A DNA stretch of 48,608 bases, filler included, from Jimgerdemannia flammicorona (Eukaryota), in the NCBI GenBank assembly GCA_003990765.1. It is 2 parts of 2 records of this genome, joined end to end, with 100 filler letters (N's around TTAATTAATTAA, not from the genome) between each part and the next. Parts side by side here need not be neighbours in the genome. Positions count along the whole stretch, not along the records: positions 1 to 24,255 come from RBNJ01000998.1; 1 more part is not named here. The stretch is one strand, 5' to 3'. Position numbers and translations under genes: made by a program. This document shows positions 1-13,535 of the stretch, piece after piece. A model generated the notes under the pieces. The model worked only from the letters and a program-made list of their open reading frames with translations. It was not told where the DNA came from and ran no database searches. Positions within the stretch are counted from its first letter, which is position 1. The number at the start of each line of letters is the position of its first letter.

Positions 1-122
1 AAAAAAAAAACAAAAAAAAAAAAAAAATAGAAACAAAAATAATTATAATATAATTTAATTTGTTTGAGAACACTATAGGTAATTGAGATAGAGATAAATA
101 GAGAGAAGTTGGAATCCTATTA

Positions 123-204
<82 letters not shown>

Positions 205-220
205 AGAAGTTGGAATCCTT
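1..220. repeat. Poly-A tracts at contig start, with a 19-bp direct repeat (AGAGAGAAGTTGGAATCCT) flanking an ~77-nt A run
   Basis: A runs at 1-27 and 125-201; repeat copies at ~100-118 and ~201-219. Confidence 0.85.
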
Positions 221-964
221 TAAGTTGATTGAAATCTCACATAGTGGCTGCAAAGCTCACTATGTGACTGCAAGAGACTATTAAGGTTGGGATCATGTGA
301 TATCAGGACTAGATGTTCGGCACTGTATACAATCGGCATATCCGTGCCGATCATCTCAACGGGAATTTACAGTCACAGGAATAACTAACGTGGCCCTGGA
401 CGGTTGTCCTGCCACTTTTTGAGGCTATCACCGCTGCGGTCCCAAAAAAGCACTACCATATACTTTCAAAACCTAAGTGTTCTGTGTTTTATGTTGGAGT
501 TTGTCTGGCCGTCTGGAACAATAAAACCGGAATCCTAAATAGAGCGCCGCAGCCTGTTTGGTGTCACATAATTACCTAATTATGAGGCGATTCTTTGATA
601 GAGAAACTCTAACAGAGATCACCGAGCGAGAGAGTCATTTTGAATTCCTTGTCAGACGTGACCAAACTAAAAACTGAGTCAGATGATCCCAACGGATTGG
701 CTTCCTATCACCTTTAAGAAGATATATTCCAAGTGATGGTCATCTATTCACAAGACAGGGGTTGACAGCTGCGCCGGTGGGATAGAAAAGGGAAGAGTGT
801 CTCACAGGGATGCTCCGTAGTTCCCCACGGTTTGGCAGTAACAAGTTGGTGGCGGGACCAGGACGATCCCATCTCGTGAATCCAATTATTGATGGTTGTC
901 AAGTATCTCACCGAAGGCCTTCTTTCACCACACACTTGACATGCTAAGGCCGCCGACATTCACA

Positions 965-3256
965 ATGTCCAACTTCAAATGGTCCCTCCTCGCCGCTCTC
1001 CTCCTTGCCATCGGCATCGGCCCATCAAACAGTTTCATTGCCCCTCGAGCCGGGACTGTGCCAGTAATTTTGGGGACTAAGTGAGCAAACCTCCAGGATT
1101 TTTGACCTACCCGGCGATTTGGCCAAAGAAATTGTTCTCATTTTCTCATAGAGTATACATCCAGGGCGGATTCACGACCGCCCAGACCACTGGTAACGCA
1201 CTTCCCACCACCGATATGCTCATCCTCCCGATCGACAAGAGCTTCGACCTGAGCAACCCACCCTGGGATCCGGCCAGCGGCACGTTCCAGGGTCCGGCTA
1301 TTCAAGGTATGTAGGTGTCTCCGAGGCACCATTTTAACCATATGTCATCATTCATATCACCCTAAAATATCTTCCAACCTTTGTCAACCTAGGTCACAGT
1401 GCCGGTTGCGGTGGCTTCAACAATACCATCATGTATTTTTTTGGCGGGCAGTACGTCAACGGGACGTTCAATAGTGACACCGACATGCTCTGGAGCTTCA
1501 ACACCACCAATAACGCCTGGGGCCAACCTACCAACTACATAGGCGCTCCACCGCCTCCCGTTGACTCCCACACCGGCGTCTCCCACTATTCCGACAACTC
1601 CATCTGGATGTTTGGCGGCGAGTCAGATGCGAACGGTACTACGCTCTTCAGCTCCGTGTATAAGCTCGCCACATATCCTACTCTGACCTGGAGTCTCGTC
1701 GGTGGTAGCGCGCCTGGCGGAGGGCGACAAGCTCATTCGGCTAACCTACTGTCTGATGGGAGAATGGTCATATTGGGGGGGGCCTGTCAAACAGGCATGT
1801 GTCCATTTTCCGATGTGCTTGTGTTCGATACCAACTCGGGGCTTTGGACTCTTCTCGTAAGCAGGAGGGGAGGGAGTTGTGTCGATTCCTTTATTTCCTC
1901 TCTGTTTCGGTGATGTTTATTTATACCTCACCCTTTGACCATATGACAGACTGCCTCCCTTGTGGGTGGCGCTCCTCTCCCCCGCATCAGTCACTCTTCC
2001 GTCGAAAGTGAGTTTTTTTTTAAGAAAAATAAGCACATTTTCCAGAAATTCACGTGACATTTGTTTGCTCGTATAATAGCACATGACAACAAAATCATTA
2101 TTCACGGCGGGGAACTCGCTACAGGATTGCCTACAGGTGGTAAGTTTGAGGTCCTTTGTTAAGTGGGGTGTGGGGTGGCATCAGTATCTCACCTGATTTA
2201 CGACATTAGACATCGCAGTCCTTGACATGAGTGTCGCGAACTTGGCATGGAGCGTGCCCGTGACAACGGGAGTGGCCCCAACACCGTGCTTCTCCCAATT
2301 AGCCGTCATGGTCGGGACTACAGTATTAATGCTGTTTGGTAATATATTATGTACACATGGTGAATCTTCATTTTTATTTTGAGGATGGTATATACCCACT
2401 ATCCACGCATTCTTATTTTCTAGGTCAGTCGGGTACCGCCATCGGTAGCAAAATCTATGCCCTGGATACCATGAATTGGGCCTGGCTCCAAACCTACAAC
2501 CCCTCGCACCTTGAATATACGAATACGGGGAACGTCCCACCACCACCACCCGTAAAACGCACTACGGAGTCGGCTACGGGGTCGGCTACGGGATCAGCTA
2601 CGGGGTTGTCCACGGGATCGCCTGGAAGTTCGTCTACATCCATTGCAATGTACACTGGCATAGGGGTCAGCGCCGGCGGCGTCTGCGTCTGCGCCGCAGT
2701 GATCGCCGGCATTCTCCTTTGGAGACGACAGAAGCCAAGGCCAAGCCCCAAAGACCCGACGCCACCGTACGTTGACCCGAGTCTGATGCAACCGAATATC
2801 GTCGGCAATCCTTACAACCCCAACGACCACCTGAGTCCAATGCAACCGAATCTCGTTGTCCCGGAAGCCCACAATCCTTACCACTACAACGACTATCCGA
2901 ATCAGGTACAACCGCATCTCGTCGGCCCCAACATCCACAATCCTTACCACCCCAACGACCACCCGAGTTCAATGCAACCGAATCTTGTCCTGCCAGACGT
3001 CCACAACCCCTACCCCCCCAACGAACACCCGAGTCAGATGCAACCGAATCTCGTCGGCCCCAACGTCGACAAATATTACGATCTCAACGACTACCAGAGT
3101 TCGGTGCAACCGCATATCGTCGGCCCCAAAGTCCACAAATCTAATGACCCCAACGTCGGCCCCAACATCCACAAACCTAACGACCCCTCCTTCAATCCGC
3201 ACGCACATCCTGCATATGTGAGACCGTCAATGCCGCCCGATCACGGGGGACAATGA
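965..3256 (+). CDS. Type I membrane kelch-repeat (beta-propeller) protein, paralog 1; 7 exons
   Basis: GT-AG exons ~965-1080, 1152-1306, 1393-1856, 1950-2007, 2080-2139, 2210-2338, 2424-3256 splice in frame. Signal peptide MSNFKWSLLAALLLAIG; kelch motifs (VYIQGG, YFFGG, IWMFGG, MVILGG, IIIHGG, LMLFG, with downstream W); S/T stalk; TM MYTGIGVSAGGVCVCAAVIAGILLW followed by RRQK; P/N/H-rich tail. Confidence 0.9.
2786..3190 (+). repeat. Coding tandem repeats (~66-nt/22-aa units, then 36-nt units) in paralog 1 tail
   Basis: Units such as MQPNLVVPEAHNPYHYNDYPNQ and VQPHLVGPNIHNPYHPNDHPSS; terminal VGPNIHKPNDP. Confidence 0.9.
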
Positions 3257-3429
3257 GAGGGGAAGGAAAAAATGACAAAGGCCACAGTTGGCTATAAACT
3301 GTAACATGCTGCGCTTGTTGTGTATGAGTTATTCCGAAAGTAAAGTGTAGCAGAAACAAAAGTGTTGGGATGGCAACTCGATATGTAGGCACGTGACTTT
3401 ATGCCACACGCCATTTCATCAGTTTTACG

Positions 3430-4112
3430 TCATTTGTCATGTTTATCATTACAAAGGTTATAAGCTCAAGGTGGTGGGCTATAAAGCTTATGAGCTTTAC
3501 TAGGGCTAAGTGGTTATAAATAATTCTTTAAAATATATATGTACTATATTACACCAGTTAGTACCTAGTTACTAAGATAAGAATATGCAAAGTTAGATAA
3601 GATCTAATGATTCTCTAAATATATACTATAAAAGTTAAACATAAGTATACCGAGTATGAGTGCAGTCACAGGTATCTCTATAATAGAAAACTCAATTCCT
3701 GCTACTGTAAGCATAATTAAGAGATAACTGGTAAGATGAATATAATCATCATTACTAACTGAGATAAAGAAGTCTACTAAGATAGTAATTATAATAAAGA
3801 AGTCCTCTCTAGTAGTAGAGATAACTATGATAAGTTCTTTCAGATAATAGAGACATAGTTAACAAGACTATAGAAAAGGTCAATAAGATCAATTATATTA
3901 GTAAAAAATATAGTAAATAAGGTCAATGAGACCAATATGATTAAATGAGATCTATATAACTAATAAGATTAGCAATATGGCTAATAATGAGATCAGTATA
4001 TATATATATAAAAACTAAAACTATATATTTATATATAATCCAAAAAATTATAACTAAAAAATCCTACATTTAAGAAATTTTATTAATCAAAAAATTTTGA
4101 AATACCTATAAT

Positions 4113-4146
<34 letters not shown>
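3430..4146. mobile_element. AT-rich, CpG-depleted degenerate repeat/TE relic ending in poly-A
   Basis: Abrupt compositional shift, almost no CpG, TA-rich, no ORF; same style as the 12.1-19.1 kb island. Confidence 0.55.
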
Positions 4147-4148
<2 letters not shown>

Positions 4149-4218
4149 AATTCAGGCGACTGTTCACGAGCTTTGGATGATGTTAATGTGAATGCTGCCT
4201 TGATGCCAACCAAATGTA

Positions 4219-4655
4219 CCTTTGTCGCAAACGATGCCAGAATATACGCCACGCCGGCTATCACAGCCCCAACTAGACCTGTTATCCTGTACCCACAACG
4301 ACTGGCGATCGTGCCAGTGACAGAGCCCATAGCGTACGTAATCCCCGCGCTGAGTGATCCGACAAAAGTAATAGATAAAGCGGACTCGTCCGGATACATC
4401 TCCATAAAGTGCATTGCGTAGATACCATAGACATATTCATCGCCTGTTTTGTTTAGTGATCCAAGCAAAGAACAGGAAATGCTGATTTCAGTGTGAAAAG
4501 AACTGCAACGACCTCGGTCCCATACCCCGAAAAACGATCACTCCAATTTCCAGATTTCACGAAAAATATCAAATACCGAAAACGAGGCAATGAGCGACAA
4601 AGCTGCCAAGAAACGAGGGCATGCATATCAAGGTCGAAGCCAATGCCGATGCCAT
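4219..4655 (-). pseudogene. Truncated MFS transporter (monocarboxylate porter-like), N-terminal part only
   Basis: Spliced FLGSFVAHCLVFG|DEYVYGIYAMHF...ITFVGSLSAGITYAMGSVTGTIASRCGYRITGLVGAVIAGVAYILASFATK matches MCT TM1-TM3 and the motif A region; the next intron runs into poly-T and the AT-rich island with no further exons visible. Confidence 0.7.
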
Positions 4656-5064
4656 CAAGGAGGCATTTGTGAGGGTCGCTAGGGTGATAACTGGTGACTG
4701 TCGACTTGAACGTCAAAATTCTGTAGGCGGGGGAAGAGCTTGATAATGATGTTCCGCTCTTAGGTTCGATAGCTTAAGGCGATTCATTACCCGAAAACAC
4801 GTGCCCATGAAGGCTGAGTTATTTGTGAACGGAAGTAGGAAAAAATAATTATAATAAATGTGGTCGATGAGACGCTTGCGAAAGGAACGCTTGGTTCATC
4901 GGAATATTCCAATAATAATTTCAAAAGCAATTTGAGCGTTCATCAATAAGGCTTGGTGATCGTCGATCAAGTTCCAAAGTGAATCGATTCATCGGTCGAT
5001 CGACCGGAAGTGCTGTCTTTATGAGCTCGCCTCCCCCCTGACGCCAACCTTCTGGTTTCTGACG

Positions 5065-5850
5065 ATGGAGATGTCCGAAAATATTGGGTCCTGCATCCAC
5101 GGCGCCACCATCACCGTCGCCCTTCAAGCGCTTTGGAACGTCCGCTGGACATGGAACAGTACCCCGTACAAGAAGGTCCTTATTCTCAAGATCATCTTTA
5201 CAATTGCCATGGCAACCATGACGTGCGTGACGATCGTGCTTTGCGTTCGGTGAAATGTTCAACATACTATCCCACCACTGCTGACTGGATCCTGTTTCTG
5301 CGAGTGACCACTGTGTTGACACTGAACTCCAGATTCGCCAAGGCCACGGAGTACATATTGGTGGCGATTAGAGCTGGTCTTGGGGTGTTCGGCACTATCT
5401 TGTCAAAAATCATCGATGGCACTGCGGGTGGTGGTATATGCATTTTAATACTGGACAGGATCGTCGGGATGATCCCAACTATGTCATTGATGTTTATGTA
5501 ACCGCCCCATCACCTACTACCTTTACGTCCACTCAATTCAGTTTCAGCAGCCTGTTCACCATCGTCATTTCCTGCAACCTTCTCCGTACCCAGATCCTCT
5601 TGGGCTTCAATGCTGCTACCGCTCTCACCATGACCTTCATTCCCTTATCAAATTGATATCTCCTGACCGTCGCCTACGATTCTAACATGGTGAGGTTGAT
5701 GGTGAAGGTGCAGGACGGCTGAAGAAGTTCACGGATACTCCTGTCGAATCCGGTACCAATGACGCGCCAGAGATCTACGTTCTGGACAATACGACAAATC
5801 TGACGCAGCATGGTGCAGCAAATGACAATGAGGCAACCGTGGTTGTTTGG
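5065..5850 (+). pseudogene. Decayed multi-pass membrane protein gene
   Basis: Successive hydrophobic segments (IHGATITVALQAL, VLILKIIFTIAMA, YILVAIRAGLGVFG, ILLGFNAATALTMTF) broken by stops and frame changes. Confidence 0.45.
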
Positions 5851-6139
5851 TGACTGATCTGCCCACATGCCACAGAAACCTGTGTTTAATTCTTTCAGAC
5901 AGTAGAAATTCTGGTGTTTATGTCTCGATATCTAGCTCTTGTTCCTTGCTGCAAAATTATGTAGATTAATTATTCCATATGGCAAAGAATAAATTAATTA
6001 GCTTCCTCAAAGTGTGTTGGTGTGACATGTGATTCTGATCTCCACGCGGCTCACGCGACTCAAAAAAAAAACCCCCCTTGCCCTTGCCTCCTTGCCTCCT
6101 TCCCTAGTGGCTTACACTCGACATCTTCGTTCATCTGAA

Positions 6140-7404
6140 ATGTCATCAACCAAGTCCAATTCTGGACGCGGCCCCATCATGGTCATTGACGCCTGGGCCA
6201 ATATGCCCAGCGCCGAGTTTTTGAAAGGTGTATCAAGTCGGCATGTTTCATGGAGCAACTCTCAGGATCCTTTCTAATTCGGCCCATGTGTTGACCGTAC
6301 ATAGCCATCCCGAGATCTCGCATCTGCTCCAACAATTCCACTCCGACCTGAGGGCCCAACGTGGGCTCTCGCTGATAGAGGCCGTCCAGCTCATGGACGC
6401 GTGGGCATCGACCGCATCCTGCTGCCAGGCTGGTACCATCCAGGAAGGGTCGTCGTCTCCAACGAGGAGGTGCGCAAATGGTGCCGACAGTATCCGGACA
6501 GGTTCGTCGGGATCGCTGGGGTGTCGGGTTTGCGTGATCCAGTGAAATCGTGTCATGAGTGGAGCAATGCGTGAAGGAATGGGGTTTCAAGGGGTTGAGG
6601 ATCGCCCTGGTTGTGGGATCTACCACCGAACAACAAGCTATACTATCCATTGTTCGTAAAGTGCGTCGTGAGTATGCTGTAGGGTTTGAGTTGATAATGT
6701 CTGCTTGTGAGGACGAAAGTGGCGAGAACGCATTCTAAGGCTTTTTTTTTCCTACGTACAGGAGCTCGACATACCTTTCTTTACCCAAGTCGGACATACC
6801 AGACCGCGCTGCCCTTCAGGTATGGCAAATATTACATGAAGGAATGCTATAAGTTCATTCCCAAGGACGACTTCGACCACCACGTTCGTGTTCTCAACCC
6901 GAACTTTTTCGTCTTCAGTTCCTCCCCTGCGAATGCGTGCACCAGAACCTGGTCATCCCATTCCTTACATAGACGAGATCGCCCTGGCCTTCCCGCAGCT
7001 CAAGATCGTTGGTGGCTACATTGGTTTTTTTCCTCAATAAGGGTTGATGCATGATCATTTGCTTTTTGAGATTTTTTGAAGTCTTTTTTGATACAGCTCT
7101 TTTTGGGTCGTTACTTACTCTTTTTTTTTTTTTTTTGCCAGCCTGGAAACACTCGAACGTCTACATCGATACCTCCGCGTATCTGCCGCGCTACTACCCG
7201 CCACAACTTATTCACTTCCTCAAGGCGCATGGCAGGCACAAGGTCATGTTTGGATCCAACCTTCTCACAGCTCTCGTGGAAGGTGTGCATGGAGCAGGTA
7301 GGAGAGATGGGATTGGAGGAGGAGATAAAATTCTGTTCCTGAGGGGGAATGTAGAGAGGTTGTTGGGGGAATGGAGTCGAGATCAGCCAAGGAGATCCAA
7401 GTAG
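6140..7404 (+). pseudogene. Amidohydrolase_2 family pseudogene with introns and several frameshifts
   Basis: VIDAWAN, VSNEEVRKWCRQYPDRFVG, GFKGLRI, PWLWDLPPNNKLYYPLFVKCVELDIPFFTQVGHT, IPYIDEIALAFPQLKIVGGYIG, KHSNVYIDTSAY, KVMFGSN; frameshifts near 6400, 6560, 6605 and 7260. Confidence 0.85.
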
Positions 7405-9411
7405 GAGCGAAGCTGTAGGGTGTGTTGTGCTATGCTATGGGTTTCCGATCACAGAGACTTTCGAAAGTGATCTCTCTCCCTCGACTAATAAAAGTGTCAC
7501 CGAGCTTACAGAAACTCTCTGTGAGGAAGGGTGTAGTTTAGAGGACCCAATTGTGAACGTGAGATGATGAGAACTTGTTTCCTTAGAGTGTGCCCCAGTG
7601 TTGGGGTAGTTAGGGATGTCGAGCGGGTCCGTCAAGAATGTTGTAGCTCTCGATCACATCCATGACTACAGTCCTGGTCATCTCGGCAGCGAGACCGACA
7701 GGTTGGTTTTGTGAAATCTTTTTGGGAATGCTGAAGATTTCAGTTACATTACATTGTTATGTAGTATTATTGCATGAGAATAAACAATAAAAATATGAGC
7801 TGTGTGGGTAATGAATGTTGTAGACCTATCTCACTGAACTGAATTAATAATTTGCTGAGTAGCTGATGTCGGGGGACCAATGATGGCATGGCACAGAAGA
7901 GGAATAGTCATTTTGATATCCTGTCCCCTCCAAGTCCTCATCGCTTTGATCGTGACTGACTTTTATATGCAGCACTGGAGATCCGACAGCGAGAGGGACA
8001 TTCGACCAGTATGATGAGGTGAAGATGAACGCTTTTGAGGACGTGGGCGGTGAATGCTCGGCTTCAGTGTCAGTCTCCTTGTTACATCGCGACGGACTGC
8101 GGCAGAATTTCGACATGAACCGCGGCATCGTCCCTCATCCATTCCATATTGCATTCCCGACAAAACTTTCCATCACTGGATCGATGTCAAGGTAGTTCTG
8201 CGTTTGGGCATTACGAGAGTCAGCGAATTATTAATTCACGTGAGAAAGCTCAAAGCCACACCCCAATCATGAAGAACAGGGAGGCTTAGGTTTTCCCGGT
8301 AACGTCATATCGAAAAACGTGATCCACGCGTCGGTTATATTTACTCGCTAACCGACTGAGCACGCACTCCAACAAGGAACATCCCTACTTGTCCGTTTAA
8401 TGACTTCCAGCCAATTGCACAGATTTTGACTGCACATCTCAAGAGCAGCTGGCGTATCAGCTAATGCTAGATCGTTTGAATGGTGATATAGACTGTCTTT
8501 ATTATCAGTTACAATATTAAAATTAAATAGATATATAAATATGAGACAGTATCATTATTATTTTATTTTAAAAATAAGATATTGATTGATTATTTATATA
8601 TATCAGAAAGTTACTGAGGTTTATAGGTTGGGGATGGGGAAAACAAAGACGGAGAGGCTTAGAACAATGGATGATGTCATGTCACGCCATATCGGAATTG
8701 CCGTTGCGCGACTGGGAAAATATATCTCCATTAAATAATGATAGCACAAATATGACCATTGGTTTTGACTGCGCATCTCCACTTAATAGATCGATCACAT
8801 GTAGCACAAATATCGTGGTTGTGGTCCTCACGCCGATCATCCCAACGTAGAGCTTGAATAATAGATATGTGTGCAATTGAAAGCCGTGAAATGACGATCA
8901 CCGTTACCGTCTAAAAAAAGTGCTGCCATACATTCAGTGAACCCTGGTGTTTTATGGACGATGCTTTTAACCAATCCCAAAATAGAGCGAGCGCCGCAGC
9001 TATATTTGGGTATATTAAAATAGGAATCCCAAATAGAACGCTACATCTATGTTTGGGTTTCCTCCGTGTCACCTGCGAGGCGATCGTCAGAGTGTCCATT
9101 CTTCGTGTCAGCACAAAACTCTAACAGAACTCACCATGAGAGAGAGCGAGGCCTTGTCAGACGTGTTCAAACTAATAACTGGATTGGATGATCCAACGGA
9201 TTGGCCTCGAAAAGATGTCAAGCGATGGTCATCTACTCCCAAGACGGGAAAGTTCGGGAATACCAGGTTTTAACGGCTGCGCCGATGGGATGGAAAAGGG
9301 AGGATGGGGCCTCACATGGATGCTCCATAACGGGACATGGCGCTAAATTGGCTCGATTGCCTCTCTTTCGCCACGTACACACTTGATCTGCTAGGGCCGT
9401 CGACATTCACA

Positions 9412-10372
9412 ATGTCCAATCTCACATGGTTCCTCCTCGCCGCTCTCCTCTTTGCCATTGGCATCGGTCCGTCAAACAGCTACGTTGCTGTCCCTCGAGC
9501 CGGGACTGTGGCAGTAGTCGTGGGAACCAAGTGAGTAAACCTCTATGACATGACCCCACCCGTGACTTGTTCTCTTTCTTTTAATCGGTTTGCATTCTTC
9601 CCACTCCCCTCCAGGGTATACATCCAGGGCGGATACACGACCGTCCAGGGCAGAAATGGCGGACCTCCAACCAATGATATGCTCATCCTCCCGATCGATC
9701 AGAGCTTCAACCTGAGCAACCCACCCTGGGATCCGGCTAGCGGCACGTTCCCTGGTCCGGCTATTCAAGGTGTGTAGGCCTATGTTAGTGTCTCCGAAGC
9801 ACCATTTTAACCATCGTATCGTCATTCACATAACCATGACATATCTTCCAATCACCCATTCCCTTTGCTCAACCCAGGCCAAATTGCCGGCTGCGGCGGC
9901 TACAACAATACTATTATCTATTTTTTTGGTGGGCAGTACGAGATGGGGACGTTCAACAATGACACCAACATGCTCTGGACTTTCGACACCACCAACAACA
10001 CCTGGGGCCAACCCACCAACTACATAGGCGCCCCACCACCGGCTGTTGACTCCCACAGCGGCGTCTCCCGATATGCCGACAACTCCATCTGGGTGTTTGG
10101 CGGCGAGGAAAATCAGGGCAGAGGTGCCAGACTCTTCAGCTCTACATATAAGCTCGCCACGTATCCTACTTTAACCTGGAATCTCGTCGGTGGCAACGCG
10201 CCTGGCGGAGGGCGACAAGCTCATACGGCTAACCTACTATCTGATGGGAGAATGGTCATATTGGGGGGGAAATGTCAATCAGACTTGTGTCCATTTTCCG
10301 AGGTGCTTGTGTTCAATACAAACTCGAGCCTTTGGAGTGTTCTCGTAAGTAGGAGGGGAGGGAGTTGTGTGG

Positions 10373-10412
<40 letters not shown>

Positions 10413-11771
10413 TTTTTTTTTTTTTATTCTTTTTTTTTTTTTTTTTTTTTTTTTTTTGTGATGTGTATTTATGCCTAGACATTTATTCACCCTTGACCAT
10501 ATGACAGAACGCCTCCCTTGCGGGTGACGCTCCTCTTCCGCGCATCAGCCATATTTCCGTCACAAGTGAGATTATTATTATTATTATTATTTTAAACCTC
10601 ATTAGTACAATAATCAGTTTCGTTCATCGACCAAAATTCACGCGAAATTTGGTTGCTTGTATTATAGCGAATGACGACAAAATCATTATTCACGGCGGGG
10701 AACCCATAGAAACATCCGGTATAGATAAGTTTGTTTAGCGGCATGGCGTGCAAAATTCATGATGCATACATCAGCATCTCACCTGATTTACGACATTAGA
10801 TCTCGCGGTGCTTGACATGAGGGCTGTGAACTTGACATGGAGCATGCCCATGACAACGGGATTGGCCCCATCACCGCGCTTCGCTCATTCGGCCGTCATG
10901 GTCGGGACCATAGCATTCATCATGTTTGGTAATATATTATGTACACGGTGAATTTTCGTTTTTTATTTTTTGTGGGTGGTATAAACTCACCATTCCTATT
11001 TCGATATTACATTCTTATTTTCTAGGTCAAATAAATAACACCGTCGACAACAAAATCTATGCCCTGGATACCGACAAATGGACCTGGCTCCAAACTTACA
11101 ACCCCTCCCATCTTGAGTACACGAATACGGGGAACGTTCCTTCCAATTCGACGCCGTCCCTGTCGCCCACAACACTGACGACGGGATCGCCTACGGAGGA
11201 GTTGCCTATAGAGTTGCCTTATATGGCCATCGCAATGTACATTGCCGTATCAATCTGCGTCATCGGCATCTCCGCCGCAGCGATCGCCGGTGTTCTCATT
11301 TGTAAACGCCGGAGGGCAGACCCCAAAGGTCCGACGCCACCAAATCTTGTCGGTCCCAACGTCCTCCGTCCTTACGACCCCTACAACAACTTGAATCACA
11401 TGCAACCGTTACTTGGAGGCGTCAACATCCAAAAACCTTACGACCCCAACAACAACCCGGGTCCGATGAAACCGTATCTCGTCAACCCCAACCTCGAAAA
11501 ACCTAACGACCCCAACGACAACCCGAGCTCGATGCAACCGTATCTCGCTGACCCCAACGCTCAAAAACCTAACGACCCCAGCGACCACCCGAGTCCAATG
11601 CAACCGAATCTCGTCGACCGCAACGTCCGGAAACCCTACGAGCCCTCCTACTGTCGGCACGCACCTCCTGTTGGAAATGTTGCCCAACTACCTACGTTCG
11701 CGACCGCAGCTCTGTTAATACTGCCCGATTACTGGGAGGAAAAGGAGAAGACAGAGGCCACAGATCAGTAG
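9412..11771 (+). CDS. Type I membrane kelch-repeat protein, paralog 2
   Basis: Same exon structure and motifs as paralog 1 (MSNLTWFLLAALL..., TM MYIAVSICVIGISAAAIAGVLIC then KRRR); exon 5 donor altered (see findings). Confidence 0.85.
10375..10457. repeat. Poly-T tract in intron 3 of paralog 2
   Basis: ~80 nt nearly pure T; absent from the equivalent introns of paralogs 1 and 3. Confidence 0.9.
11340..11645 (+). repeat. Coding 66-nt tandem repeats in paralog 2 tail
   Basis: MKPYLVNPNLEKPNDPNDNPSS / MQPYLADPNAQKPNDPSDHPSP units. Confidence 0.85.
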
Positions 11772-12149
11772 CCGAGGTGCTGGGCTTTTTGTTGTGTCGG
11801 TGGGGAGCAGCGCCACACTATAGTTCGACAAACATATTTAGAGACCCATAAAACAACACATCTGTAAATAAATGGAAAATTAAAATGTAAATATACCATC
11901 TTTTTTTGATCCGCCATTCTGGTAATGGCATCTCAAAATATGCAAGCAAAATGATGTTTGTTGCATAGTTCTGGTTCATTTGGCAATTGAAGTTGGGGCG
12001 AGGTGGGAGCAGTAACTTCTCAAGAAAAAGAGTTCTCAGAGGCGGCAATGGTACGTGATATATACTTTTGTGTGTAGCTCGATTTACAGTATCAACTGTC
12101 TGGTCATTCCAGCAAGCATGCCAAGTTAGCATAGTGCTAACATTCAAAC

Positions 12150-13535
12150 CAATACTTTAATATACCAGGATTAGTCTTATTACTATTAAAAATGGACAAG
12201 TCCAATATTGACAATATTTTTTTTATCTATATTATTATATTGATATAAGATACTTAATATTCTAAATATATATAATATATAAAGTATATAATTTATTTAC
12301 TAATATATTCTATTTTGTACTTTATTAAAAATTATTATTATAAATATATGTATTATATATAGTTTATTAGAAGTATTAGAATTATTGAGATGTATAACTT
12401 ATTATTTAAATAATTTGTAATTTATAACTTATATATATTATTATATATATAGTATATATAATATTTATTATATAGCAATAGACTACTGAAAATTTTAATA
12501 GAATTTCTACTAGAATTGCTAACAGAATTTACAATGGAATTTTTAATAGAAATTTCAACTTAGTAGATATATGTATCTTATATAGTATAACTATATATAA
12601 ATATATCTAGTATATTATATTTAGCTATAGCTTTTCAACTTATATAAATACTCTCTATATTGAGTAAATTAAAACCTCAGCTCTACTTTCCCCTGAAAAA
12701 ATAAAGTAATATTCTTACTTAAGAACTCTCAGACTCAACTTATTTATAATTACAAGCCTGATCAACTTAAGATATAAATATGATATATATCTCTACCTGA
12801 CCATAAGACTCTAAAAGTGACACTTAGTCTCAATTTCTATATTAAGTAATTGAAACTTAGTATTTCCTTATAGAACTTAGAACTTAGAGTTAATAGTTTA
12901 TAATAGATTATTTATAATATATTAATTCTATCAGTATATAGTTTTATTACAATTTAGTAATAGTAGAAGTTTCTTCTACTCATGAGTAATCTCTCTTAGA
13001 TAAGAACTTAATATCAATATAGACAACTTTATAAGAAAATTAAAAATCTCAGAACTGGTATTTTTAATATTAACAGTACTAGTCAAGATCATCTTTAATT
13101 AGAGTTTTATAAACCTAACTCAATAAATCTAAATCTAACTAAAAAAAATAGCCAAATTAGTAATATATCTAATCTAGAAAATAACTGAGCCAGTAGTATA
13201 TCTAATCTGGAAAATAACTAAGTCAATAGTATATCTAATCTAAAAAATAACCAAGCCAGCAGTATATCTGATCTAAAAATCAATCTGATCTAAAAACTAA
13301 TCTGACTTAATTTAAAACTTAATCCAAATCTAATTAGAAACCCAATCCAAAATCTAATCTAAAATCTAATCTAAAATATATTTTAAAAATTAGAGAATAT
13401 ATTTTAAAATTATTTATCTATATTAATATATGTATATATATATAATCATTTATTTAAATTAGAAAAAATAGTTATTGATAAAAAAAAAAAAAAAAAAAAA
13501 CATTTTGGAATTATTTATTTAAAGAAGGAATATAT
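12150..13535. mobile_element. Older AT-rich degenerate repeat DNA flanking the LTR element, with 12-bp and 33-bp minisatellites
   Basis: CpG-free; ~12-bp units at ~12490-12555 and ~13320-13375; 33-bp units (AGTATATCTAATCTRGAAAATAACYRAGYCARY-like) at ~13160-13275; similar AT-rich DNA resumes at 18530-19045. Confidence 0.6.

Noticed and set aside
2786..3190. Regularly spaced repeats resembling a CRISPR array
   Set aside because: Degenerate in-frame coding repeats without unique spacers; eukaryotic context, no cas genes
7844..8272. Short overlapping ORFs
   Set aside because: No recognisable motif or convincing exon chain
10275..10490. Poly-Lys/poly-Phe ORFs
   Set aside because: Translations of an intronic poly-T tract
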